Below, in pieces: positions 24,696 to 35,700 of a DNA stretch of 49,794 nt. The notes beneath the pieces were generated by a model. That model was not told the DNA's origin. It did no database searches and was given only the letters and a program-made list of their open reading frames with translations. A program made the position numbers and the translations under genes. The DNA is from Kiritimatiellales bacterium. Its GTDB lineage: Bacteria; Verrucomicrobiota; Kiritimatiellia; UBA8416; JAIOPI01. The DNA lies in assembly GCA_945949405.1 (NCBI GenBank), contig CAMFEP010000002.1, positions 1-49,794 on the forward strand. Reading direction: 5' to 3'. Each line of letters opens with the position of its first letter. Positions within the stretch are counted from its first letter, which is position 1.

Positions 24696-27600
24696 CTATT
24701 CGAACAAATAGAAGACATTGCCCGCCGGATTCACCGCCGTGACCGTCACGTTCACCGTGATCAAATCGATGTTGTTGAATTGGTCATACACCATCACGAT
24801 GAAATAATCGCTTCCCGAGAAGTAGCGCGCCGGCGCGTAGCTCACCACCATCGTGCCGCCCGTACCGCTGGCCGCAGCACTCCCGTAGAACGGAGCCGCC
24901 AGCACCGACCACTGGATCACATCCCCGTACGGCGTGTCCGCATCCGTGGCATGCAGCGTCAGGCTGAATGGCACAGGGCTCCCGTTTTCGGACATCGTCA
25001 CATTGGCGTTGGTGCCTTCGGTGATCACGGGCGCAAAGGTCACCGTGGCCTGCGTGCCCGTGGTAAATGACGAAGTCAGATAATTGGCCCCGCCCGCGGC
25101 GCCATTGTATTCGAACAACGCGAACGAATAGGTCGTCCCCGGATACAACCCGGTTACGGTCACGTTGGTCCCGGACGCATTATACACCGCATACACACCG
25201 GTGGCGATCGCCGCCCCGTTGCTGTGCACGGAGTTCGCCGTGTAGCCAACGCCGTCCACGGGCAGGTTGGTCACGCTGCCGCCCACCCGCGCCACCAGCA
25301 GCCGGTTGGCCCCGTTGCCGCTGTTCCACGACACCGTCATCTGCGCGTTCGACACCGCCGTGAAGATCAGGTTGCTCGACGCCAGCGTCGGCTCGCTCTC
25401 CAGCACTGCGTGGCCCACCACCCGGAAGTCGTACGGATTCTGCTGCGTGTCATTGTTGGCGATGCTCACCGTGGTCGTGTAAACCCCCACCACGTCCGGC
25501 GCAAATTGCAACGTGAAGGTCGTCGCCGTCAGCCCGTTCAGGTTGCTCGACGCCGGCTGACTGGTGATGGTGAAGTTCGTCGCCCCGCTCAACGATAGCG
25601 CCGGATTGTTGGTCAGGCTCAAGGCATAGGTGGCGTTGACGTTGGTGATGGTGAAGGTGTGGCTGAAGCTCGTGTTGGCTACGATGTTGCTAAACAGCGT
25701 GCCGTCCGCGGTGGTGGGCGTCGTGTCCCCGTCAGCAATCGCCGCGCCGTTGGTCCCCAGCACGGACATCACCGGGCCGAACACCAGATCCACCTGGTGC
25801 GCCGAAACCACCACGCGACCAGTCACGCTGCCCGACCAGTTCGTGGTGGAGAAGGCCCCGTTGATCGAATGCGTACCACCCTGCGCATTGGTGATGATCA
25901 TGTAGCTGCCGGCCGCCACCGCGCCAATATTGCTCACGGTCAGCGTGCCGTTCAGGTTCACGTCATCGCCCACGTTGATCGCGGCGATGGCCCCGTTCCA
26001 CAGCGTTACCTGCAACTCACCATTGTTTTGCGAGGAGAACGCCAGGTCGTCCCCAACCGTCACGCTGGGCGCCGCGCCCAACACATGAAACACGCCGCGC
26101 CCCGTGGCCGCGTCCGTGTCGCCCAGTTCGATGTCGCCATTGTCGCTGCCCGCCCCGATCGTGATCGTGCCGTTCGTGATTGCATAGCGCCCGTTGCGGT
26201 TGCCCGTGGTGCCCTGCCCGCCCAGCACCAGCGGTTGCCCCGCGGCAATTTGCACCGCACCACCGCTCTGATTGACGATGCCCGTGGCGCCAAAACCCGC
26301 GCCCACGTTGAAATCGTTGCCCAGCGTGATCAAGCCACCCGAGAGATTCAGCGTGGAAATGCCATTCGTGGCGAAGTTGATCATGTCCACACCCACCGTG
26401 CCGCTGGACACGTTGAATGTCGCCGCGTAGTCCACGTCCAGGTCGCCCGTGCCGATCGTGTCCAACCGCCCGCCCGCCACGGTCAGCGTCGACCCGCCGC
26501 CACCCGTGAAATCACCCACCGTCACCACGCCCGCCGTCACCGCGCCGCCCGAAATCGTCAGCGCGCCCAAGCCGGCCCGCCCGACTACCAGGTCGCCCAC
26601 CGCCGTCAGCCGCCCGCTGCTCACCGTCACCGTGCCCGTCGACCCGCCGGCGTTGCCGATGTTCACATTCGTGGCCGTGCCCAGTCCGCCACTGACCGTC
26701 AGCGTGCCGCGTGCCGCCGACGCATCGCCGATCTCAATCGAATCCCCCACCGTCAACACGCCGCCCGAAAGCGTCACCGCATTGTTCGCGCCGTTATTGG
26801 CCGCGTCGCCAATCACCAAATCCCGCCCATTGCTAACAGTCACGGTGGCCACCCCGGAAATCGCCATCGTGCCCAGGCCCGCCACACCCACAAATAAATG
26901 CTCCGTGCCACCTGCACCGCCGGCATTCAACTGGCCCGCCGTCGCGCTCAAGGTGCCCGTGGAGCCCGCCACGTTGCCGATGTTCAGCGCATCCGTCACC
27001 GTCAGCACGCCGCCACTCAAGGCCACCGCGCCGCTGGCCCCGGAGTTGTTGCCCACGGTCAGATCCCGTGAGGCCAACGCTGTCCCACCCGCCACCGTGA
27101 GCGTGCTGCCCGCGTCTTCCGCGCCGGCGCTGCCCGCCGCCACGATCCAATCGCCAATGGAGGTCACCGCCGCCGTGCCCGTGACCGTCATCAAGCCCAC
27201 GCCCGCGGAGCCGATCGTCGTCGCGCCCGTGATCGTCAGCGCCCCGCCGCTGGCCCAGTACGTGCCGCGATCGCCCGAACTCTCGCCCAGCGTGAACAGG
27301 TTCTTGACGCCCAGCACACCGCCGGTCTGCTCCACCGTCCCCGTGCCGTTGTCGCTGCCGCCATCGAAGCCATTGTCACCCACGAACAGGTTCGAAACCA
27401 CTTCACCCGCCAGGGTCACCAGCGCCGTGTACCCGCCGTTGACGAAACTCACATCAATCGCCGCCGGTTCGATATCCGCCGTCCAGTTCGTGGCATTGCT
27501 CCAGTCGCGGTCCGCCCCGCCGCCCGCATCCCATTCGAAGGTCGGCACGCCAAAGGTAATGGTGTTCGTCGTCGTCAGCGCATCGTTGGCGCGATCCCCG

Positions 27601-29771
27601 TCGTTGTCCGTCAGCACCACCAGCGCCGTCCACACGCCGCCCTGAATCGCCCCCGACACCGGCGTGGCGCTCACCGAAACCGCCCGCGCATTGGTCGTCC
27701 CGTCGGTGATGCTGTTCGTCAAAATCACCGTCAGCCGCACCGCACCGCTCGGATCCAGGATGCGCAGGAACGGCGAATTGCTCGGCACGTTCGTGCTCGT
27801 GCCGTTCACGTTCAACCCGCTGTAGGCGTCCTGCACGATGCCCGTGATCGACCAGCTGCCGCTGGAAAGTTCCGCGCCCGTGACGATGTTCGTGCCGCGG
27901 CTGGTCCCGGAAAGCGTGAACGACGTCGCTGAAGGCGCCACGCTGTCGTCGTCCACCACGCTCAAGAAGGACTGGGCGTTGGTGATCACCGTGCGATCCC
28001 ACGGAATCGGATCGCCGTTGCTGCCCGGATCGGCATAGGTGCCGCGATCGTTGTCCTCATCTTCCGCGCTGGCCGTGAGGAAGAACACGTTGTTGAAATC
28101 GATGTTCGTGATCACGAAGGCATTCTGCTGCCAGGTGGTCACGGAGGTCGCGCCGTTGGCGCCGATGAAATTCGTGAAGACTTGGTCGTAGCCAAAATCA
28201 TTGGTCACATGCGTCACGCTGTTCGACGTGTACAAATCCCAGTTGGCAATCACGCGGCCGGCCTCGCTGCCGATATTCGTGTTCGGGAACGGCGGGCTGT
28301 TGGTCAGGAACACACCACTGGGGTCGTCCCACCGTACCGCAATGTCCGCGAGGTTGGTGGCGTTGGCCAGATCGGCGTCGGTGATGTTCGTCTGCGTCGC
28401 GCCGATCGTGTAGTTCGCGCCGATGAAGATCAGCGTCGGCGTCGGGCCGGTCACGTCGTCGTCATACACGCTGAACGTGATGTTCGATCCGTTCGATGTC
28501 TGCGGGTTGTCGGTCCGATAGGCCTCATTGGAGTTGATCGCGCTCCAGCGCAGCGTCGCCGTGCCAATCGGAATATTCACGGAGGTCACCGGGCTGATCG
28601 TGGCGTTACTGCCCACCATCACCGTGGCGTTGGCGTTGTAACTGGTGCTGGCAAACAGCCGGTCCTGCACCATGTGATCGCCGCTGCTGTTGATCAGGTC
28701 GAAGTTGGGCTTGAAGAACGGCGCGTTCGTGGTGTCGCTGCGCACGCCGTACTGGTCGTAAAACGTCACGGAAATCGGGAAGTTCCCGCTGTTCAGCGTG
28801 CCGTCGGTCACGCTGTTGGTGCTGTCCACCGCGTGGAAGGTCACGTTGGACACCACGGGATAGCCCTGCGGCGTGGTCAGCGCGCAAAGCAGATCGCTCC
28901 ACGTCGTGGCGATGCGAACGTCGTCCCACTCCACGATGCCGGCCGTTTCCGCCGCAAGCCCGTTCTGCGCATACAGCGTCAGCCGGTTCAAGGGGCCGGT
29001 CCCCGCCGGTGCCGTGCGCGTCGTGCTGTCCCAGCTTTCCGTGGCCGTGAGGCTGTTGGCGAAGTGTCCCTTGACCTTAACCTCGCGGCTGGCGAAGTCG
29101 TAGCGCATCAGAATCAGATACTCCGATCCCGCGCCGCCGATACCATAGCTGGTGAGCGAAATGCCGTCCGTGGTCTGGATGCCCAGGTTGTTGGAACTGG
29201 CATCCACCTTGCCGATCTTGATCTTGAAGCTGCCGCCGTCGCCCAGCATCACGCCGTAATCCTTGCCGGTCCCGGTGAATTGCGCCTTGAGCTTGAAGCC
29301 GAGGTACAACACGCCGGAACTGATCTGCGGGAAGGCCCGATAGGCCTCGCGGTACAGGCCGAAGCACGAGTCCTCACCAAAGCCACCACAGTTCGCCATG
29401 TCCACCGCTGCGTCGTTGCCGCCATCGTTGCAGTAGTTGTCAAAATTCGCCAGGCTTGTGGAGCCCACGTATGGCTCCGGCGCGAGCGTGGCATTGTCCA
29501 CCCACGCGCCGCTCCATCCGTAACCGCCGTTCTTGGTTTCCAGCACGTTGCCCGCCGTCTCGCTGAACGTATCGTAGCTGACCTGCCCGTTGTACCCCGT
29601 CACGCTCAAGGTCACCACCACCGCCTGAGTCCCCGCCTCGCCCGCATACACCGTGTTGGTCGCCGTGTAGGTGCCGCGCGCCAGGTGATAGGTCGTCGCC
29701 ACCCCGTGCCCGTGCTCAACACGCCTGAGGCCGCGCCCACCAGCCCCGTCGCCGGCGCCACCGCCAACCAA
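24696..29771 (-). CDS. Giant surface protein, downstream reading-frame segment
   Basis: 1691-aa ORF with no credible own start (TTG, no signal peptide). It continues a domain begun in 29612..36190. It contains a ConA/LamG-like module (GWSGAW...WDDVRIATTW), G/T-rich beta-helix-like repeats (GGVLTVxDxLxIG), an FN3-like module and a C-terminal Ig/cadherin-like module. Confidence 0.75.
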   Translation of the reverse strand: MVGGGAGDGAGGRGLRRVEHGHGVATTYHLARGTYTATNTVYAGEAGTQAVVVTLSVTGYNGQVSYDTFSETAGNVLETKNGGYGWSGAWVDNATLAPEPYVGSTSLANFDNYCNDGGNDAAVDMANCGGFGEDSCFGLYREAYRAFPQISSGVLYLGFKLKAQFTGTGKDYGVMLGDGGSFKIKIGKVDASSNNLGIQTTDGISLTSYGIGGAGSEYLILMRYDFASREVKVKGHFANSLTATESWDSTTRTAPAGTGPLNRLTLYAQNGLAAETAGIVEWDDVRIATTWSDLLCALTTPQGYPVVSNVTFHAVDSTNSVTDGTLNSGNFPISVTFYDQYGVRSDTTNAPFFKPNFDLINSSGDHMVQDRLFASTSYNANATVMVGSNATISPVTSVNIPIGTATLRWSAINSNEAYRTDNPQTSNGSNITFSVYDDDVTGPTPTLIFIGANYTIGATQTNITDADLANATNLADIAVRWDDPSGVFLTNSPPFPNTNIGSEAGRVIANWDLYTSNSVTHVTNDFGYDQVFTNFIGANGATSVTTWQQNAFVITNIDFNNVFFLTASAEDEDNDRGTYADPGSNGDPIPWDRTVITNAQSFLSVVDDDSVAPSATSFTLSGTSRGTNIVTGAELSSGSWSITGIVQDAYSGLNVNGTSTNVPSNSPFLRILDPSGAVRLTVILTNSITDGTTNARAVSVSATPVSGAIQGGVWTALVVLTDNDGDRANDALTTTNTITFGVPTFEWDAGGGADRDWSNATNWTADIEPAAIDVSFVNGGYTALVTLAGEVVSNLFVGDNGFDGGSDNGTGTVEQTGGVLGVKNLFTLGESSGDRGTYWASGGALTITGATTIGSAGVGLMTVTGTAAVTSIGDWIVAAGSAGAEDAGSTLTVAGGTALASRDLTVGNNSGASGAVALSGGVLTVTDALNIGNVAGSTGTLSATAGQLNAGGAGGTEHLFVGVAGLGTMAISGVATVTVSNGRDLVIGDAANNGANNAVTLSGGVLTVGDSIEIGDASAARGTLTVSGGLGTATNVNIGNAGGSTGTVTVSSGRLTAVGDLVVGRAGLGALTISGGAVTAGVVTVGDFTGGGGSTLTVAGGRLDTIGTGDLDVDYAATFNVSSGTVGVDMINFATNGISTLNLSGGLITLGNDFNVGAGFGATGIVNQSGGAVQIAAGQPLVLGGQGTTGNRNGRYAITNGTITIGAGSDNGDIELGDTDAATGRGVFHVLGAAPSVTVGDDLAFSSQNNGELQVTLWNGAIAAINVGDDVNLNGTLTVSNIGAVAAGSYMIITNAQGGTHSINGAFSTTNWSGSVTGRVVVSAHQVDLVFGPVMSVLGTNGAAIADGDTTPTTADGTLFSNIVANTSFSHTFTITNVNATYALSLTNNPALSLSGATNFTITSQPASSNLNGLTATTFTLQFAPDVVGVYTTTVSIANNDTQQNPYDFRVVGHAVLESEPTLASSNLIFTAVSNAQMTVSWNSGNGANRLLVARVGGSVTNLPVDGVGYTANSVHSNGAAIATGVYAVYNASGTNVTVTGLYPGTTYSFALFEYNGAAGGANYLTSSFTTGTQATVTFAPVITEGTNANVTMSENGSPVPFSLTLHATDADTPYGDVIQWSVLAAPFYGSAAASGTGGTMVVSYAPARYFSGSDYFIVMVYDQFNNIDLITVNVTVTAVNPAGNVFYLFE

Positions 29772-32700
29772 CCCGTGGCCGCCACGCTGTAACTCACCAG
29801 GCTGGTATAGCTCATCGTCCCGGCGTTGATGTTGGACACCGTGAAGGTCTGCGTCTGCGTCGCCGGATTTTGCCCCAGGGTCGCCGTAAAGGTCAGATTC
29901 GTTGGATAGAGGTCCAGCACCGGCCCAGTCATGTTCAACAGTTCAAACCAGTTCGTGGCCACCCGCACTTCGTCGAAGTAGGACTCGCCCACCGTATTGC
30001 CGAGGTCGCTGGAACCCGCGTGCACGCGCACCCCGTTGATCGTGACGATGTCGCCCGCCGCCAGCGTGTCCGTGGCGTCCCATGTGGCCGGCTCGGCGGT
30101 GGGCACAGTCTGCGTCCGGTCGTAGGCCTTGGTCGTCAGCACGCGCGTGCTGAAATCGTATTTGAGGACCACCACGTACACCTTGCCCGTGTCCCCCGGC
30201 GCCCCGTAGGGCCAGATTTCATACGTCGGACTCGACGCCGTCTGCCCGCCGACCCCATCCAATCCCAGCGTACGGTTGGCCGCGCTGCCGATCTTGCCCG
30301 CGAACACCTTTTCCGTGGTGTTGGACATCAGCGAAATGCCGGACCATTTGCTCGCGCCCTGGAATTGATAGGCCAGCATGCACGCCGCATAAATCTTTCC
30401 CGTCGAAATCACGGAGAACGACCGTTCCGCCCGGTTCGTGCTGCCGTTGCCCGGATCGGAGAAATGCAACCGGTTCGCCGCCGTCGCGGGATAATTCCCG
30501 ATCGTCGGGAAGTACGGCACACCCGTCGCGCTGTAATTCGTCTCGACGAGCTTTGTGCCCTGCGCCCCCGTCACCCACCCCGCGCTCCACCCCTGCCCGC
30601 CCGCCAGCCCGCTCAAGGCCACCCCGTTCGTGTACGCAAAGGCCTCCACGATCTCCCCGGTGCGATACGCCACCGTCACCGCGCTGGCGCCGACTTCATT
30701 GGTCGAATAGTAATCGTTGTTGACCGCATAGAATTTGCAGAAATTCGTGCGGCTCGGCGCCACCACGTGCTCCAGCGTCGCGCCACTGCCCTTGTAAATC
30801 ACCGTGGCCCCGTCGATCGTCGCGCCCGCGCTATACGCCGCGCCCTGCGTCGGATCGGTCGTGATGCTGTTGGTCTTGGCCAGGATCAACGTGTCCAGCC
30901 CCGTGATCTTGGTCCACGCCAGCCGCACCATCTCCTTGCCGTCCACCGTCGCTGTTGGCACCGCGGGCGGTGGAATGTTCGTGACCGTCAGCGTGAAGAC
31001 CACCGTCTGGTTGCCGTTGGTCTGGTTGCCCGTGATCGTGTTCGTGGCGTGGAACGTGCCCGTCGCCCCCACCACGCTCACCGTCACCGTGTGCGTCAAA
31101 AATGTGCCGCCCGTCAGCGGGCTCGGCGCCGGGGCGATGCTCGCCCAACCCGATGCGCCGCTGCCGTATGTCACCGTGTTCGTGTAGGTCATCGTCCCGA
31201 CATTCGTGTTGGTCACGCCGAAGGTCTGCGTCGCGGGCGCGGAACCGAGCATCGTCGTGAAAGACCGGTTGGGACCGGCGGAAAGATTCGGGAAGCCCGA
31301 CGGCGTGAACACCAGGTCGATCGTCGTCGCCGTGTTCGTGACCACCCAACTGCCGCCGTTCAGGTCGTGCTGGAACCCGTTCGTGTCGATCATGAACTTG
31401 TCCGCCGAAAATCCGCTGATACTCGTCGCCGTCGCGATGCTCCGCGTATAGATCGTGGTATTCGTGAAGTTCGCCGCCGCGCCCGCGGCGCCGCCGTTGA
31501 GCGAGGTGAGCGCGACCGTGAACGTTTGCCCCGTCGTCGCGGACACCGTCAGCGCACCCGTCACGTTCAACTTGTCCCAGCCCGGATCGGCGCCGTACGT
31601 CCCGGCAAAGTCGTTGATCTCCCACACATACACGCCGTTCGTGCCCCAATCCGTCGCGCCCGCGTTCATCGTACCCGGGCTCGATCCCGGATTAATCGCG
31701 CCGCCGCCATACACGTTCATCGTGCCGCTCACGCCCGTGCCCTTGAACGTCCCCGCGCCCACCACCATACCCACATCATTGCTCACGCTCGTGCCCGTGA
31801 AGGTCAGCGTGCCCGTGCCGGTTTTGGTGATCGTCACCGTGCCCGAGGTCTTGTCCACCGCGCCGCCCACGGAGAAGGTGATGCCACTGTCGATTTGGAA
31901 CGCCGGGCTGACGCCGGCAAAGGTCATGCCCATCGAGGCGTGCGTCATCGACGCGCCCACCCGCAGCGTGCTGTTGTTCGTGGTGAAGTTGATCTTGTCG
32001 GGATAGGATGTGGCCCGCCCCAGCGCGCCGGTGTGGTTGAGGTACAGCGTGCCGTCATACACGACCAACTTGTAGCCACTGTGCGTGTTGTCCCCGGAAA
32101 TCTGCAGCGTGCCGGTCGACGGTCCGGTCATGTAAACTTCCGCCGCCCCGGTGGACGACGTCACCACGCCGCTGATCGTCGCGTTGCCGCTGAAGCGCGC
32201 CTGCTGGTTGCCGCTGTTGTCCAGCCGCAGCCGCCCCGTCAAAGCCAGCGTGCTGCCCGAGGTCGCCGTCAGGTAAAGCGTGTTGTTGAGATTGACGTTG
32301 CCCGAGAGCGTCGTCGTACCGCTCGCCGCCGTGGATGTGATCGTGCGCGTGGCCGCGCCGGGGTCCGTGTTCGCCTGGATCGTACTGCCCACATCCACCC
32401 CGCTCGCCGCCAGGTCGAGCGTGGCATTGCCACCACTCGTGCCGTTGCCAATGAACACCGCGCTGCCGTTGGCGATGTCGCCGCCGCTGGCCACGGAAAG
32501 TGTCCCCAGATCGATTTCCGTGTTGCCCGTATAACTGTGCGCCGCACCCAGTGAAACCGTGCCCGCGCCCGCCTTGACCAGCTTGCCGCCGCCGCTGACG
32601 ATGCCGTTCAGGTTGATCGTCCCCGTCGTCGTCGCCGTCAGGTTGCTGCCATTGTTGTTGATCGCGCCGCTGATCGTCAGCGTGCCGCCGGCATTTGCCG

Positions 32701-35700
32701 CCACCGTCAGCGCATTGCTCATCGTCACCGGGCCCGAGAAGGTCGCCGTGCCCGTGGTGTTGTTCGCGGCGATGGTCTTGGTCCCGCTGCTGCCCGCGCG
32801 CACCGTGATGGCATTCGTCACCGTCACGCCCCCCGCACCGATCGCCAGCGTCACCGCCGCCGAACCCGTCGTGTCTCCCAGCCGGATACCGGCGCTGCTG
32901 AAATTGGAACCCTGGTTGGCATTGATCTGCAAGGTGCCCGCGTTGGCAATCGTGACGCCGCTATAGGTGTTCGTGCCGTTAAAAATCAGCGTCCCCGAGT
33001 TGCTGTTGGTGAAGTTCACCGGCACCGTGTCGCCGGCATTGTTGTTCGCGACCGCCCCGTTGATCGTCACGTTGCCCGTGCCGCCCAATGTCTGCCCGCG
33101 CCCCGTGGTGCTGTTGTCGTCGGACAGGTATGCGCTTCCATTGATCGTCGTCGTCCCCGTGTTGTTCACGGTCAACGTGCGGCTGCCGCCGGAGAACGTG
33201 AAGGTGCCGGGGCCGTTGAACGTGAAGGCATTGGTCCCGCCCACCGTCGTGCTGGCCGTTACCACCGTGGTGTTGGAAATGGAGCGCGTCGCGTCGGTGG
33301 ATTGAATCGTGCCGCCGTTGAGCGTCAGCGTCCCCGTGCCGAGCGCGTTGTCATTGCCGATGGAAAGCGTGCCCGCGTTCAACTGCGCGCCGCCCGTCCA
33401 GGTCCCCGCCGCCGCGCCCAGCACCAGCGTCCCCGCCCCCGCCTTCGTCAACTGCCGGCTCCCGATCTCGCTCACCGCCCCATTCAAAGTCAGTGTGTTC
33501 GCCGTCACCGTAATCGTCCGGTTGCCGCCGCTGATCGACGTGCCGCCGCTGATCCTCAGCGGATTGCTGCCCACAAAGGTCGGGCTGCCGTTGGTTAGCG
33601 CGAAGACGTTCGGAATCGTGATCGTCCCGCCGCTTGTGTTGTCGATCGAATTGTTCGCGCCGTTGATGAACAACGCCCCCGTGCCCAGCGCGTTGGCATG
33701 GTTGATGTTGATCTGCCCCGCGCTGCTGCCCATGGTCGTGCCGCCGCCAAAACTGCTGTTGCCGGAAAGCGTCAACGTGCCCGCGCCGAACTTCACCAGC
33801 GCGATCGTCCCCCCGCCACTCACGATCGTGCCCGAATACGACCCGCCCGTGCCGCCGGAACCGACAATCAGCAGACTCGTGCCCGTGGAGTTCGTGATCG
33901 CCCCCCCCGACCCATTCAGCGCATCGCAGGCATTCGTTTTGCCGTTGAGATCCAGCCGCCCGCTGTTCACGGTCAGCGCCGAGTTGCTGTAAACCTGGTC
34001 GCGGCCCGTGCCCGTCAATTGCACCAGCGCCCCGCCCACCGTCAGCCCCGAATCCAACGCGTGCACGGTGCTGCTGCTGGTCTTGCCGAGCTGCACGGTC
34101 CCCGCCGTCGCCGACATCGCCAGGTTGGTGTTGTTGTCCGCGCCGCTGAAGCTCACCGTGCCGGCGCCGTTGAGCGTCGCCGTCCGCACGCCGTTGCTTC
34201 CGTAAAACGCGCTTGTGAACGCCAGCGTCCCGCCGCTCAAGAGCGCCGCCACAGTAACATCGTTGCTCAAGACCACCGGCCCGCTGAAGGTCGCCGTGCC
34301 GCTGCTGTTCGTGCCGTCAATCGTCTTCGTGCCGCTGCTGCCCGATCGCACCAGCACTGCATTCGTGATCGCCACCCCGCCCACGCCGATGGATAGCGTC
34401 GCCGCGTCGCTCCCCGTCGTTTCCCCTAGGCGTATCTCGCCCGAAAAATTGGCCACCTGGTTCGTGTTGAACCGCAAACTGCCACCCACCACGAAGGTGT
34501 TCCCGTTGTACGAATTGGTGCCGCTCAGGACCAGCGTCCCCGTGCCCTTTTTGACGAAGCTGCCCGGACTCGCGCCGGAAATGATCCCCGAAAAAGTCGT
34601 CGACGTGTTGTCCTGTCCCGCGATCAGCTGCGCCGTGCCCATCGTGATGCTGCCGCCGCCGGCGATGGAGCCGACCGTCTCCGCGTTGTTGGTCATGTCA
34701 AAGGTCGCACCCGTCACCACCGTCAGCGCCGACCCGTCGTCAATCAGGTTCGCCGCGTTGATGCGCAGCGTGCTGCTGTTGCTCACCACCGTCGCACCCG
34801 TGTAAGTCTTGCCCACAAGACTGTAGCGCGTCACGCCGCCACCGGTCACATAGACCGTATCATTGCCGCTCAAGGTATTCGTGTAATCCACCAGTCCGCC
34901 CGACGTCGCGGTTAGGGTCACGGACTCGTCGTCCGCGTCGCTGTCGCGCGTGATCGTGCCGCCAAACGTGTTCGTGCCGCTGGTGTTGTTGCCGCCGATC
35001 GTGCGGTTGCCCCCGCTGCCGGGATTGATGACCAGCGCACGGTTGACCGTCGTGCCGCCATCCGTGTCCGCGATCAAAAATTCCGCCGCCGTGCCGGTGG
35101 CCGACCCGAGCCCCACATACACCGTGCCGCCGGCAATGCTGCCACCCTGCGCGATATGCAGCCCGCCGGCATTGATCTCGGTGTTCGCCGAGTAGCTGTT
35201 CGCGCCGCTGAAACGCACCGTGCCCGCACCGCGCTTCATCACCGTGTCGTCGCCGTTGATGTCCCCCGAAAACGCCACCGTGCCTCCGGAGCCAACGTAC
35301 AGGGTGACGGTCTTGTTGTTGCTGCCGGTTCGGACGATCGTGCCGCTGAAGGTGTTCGTGCCGCTCGTGTTCAGCCCGCCCAACTCGCGATTCTGCTCCG
35401 TGCCATCGCCATCGTTGATGTTGATCGTCCGGCTGAAGGTCAGCCCGCCGTCGCTGTCGTTGAGGAAAAACTTGCAGTCATCCGCGGTTGCGCCGCCGTT
35501 GCCGACAAAAATGGACGAGGAAGCCGAAATGTCGCCGCTTGCGCCAATCCAGATTTCGCCAATATCGATTTCCGTGTTGCCGCTGTACGTGTTCGCGGAG
35601 TTGAACACGATGATGTTGTTCTGCTTGATCTTGAAGGCCTTGCTGGAGCCGCTGATCGCGCCATTGAAGGTGAGCGTCTTGCTGTTGCTGCCATACACAT

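Noticed and set aside
29612-29771. Two independent overlapping genes instead of one interrupted giant gene
   Set aside because: The downstream ORF has only a TTG start, no SD and no signal peptide. The module interrupted at the junction is completed in the other frame.
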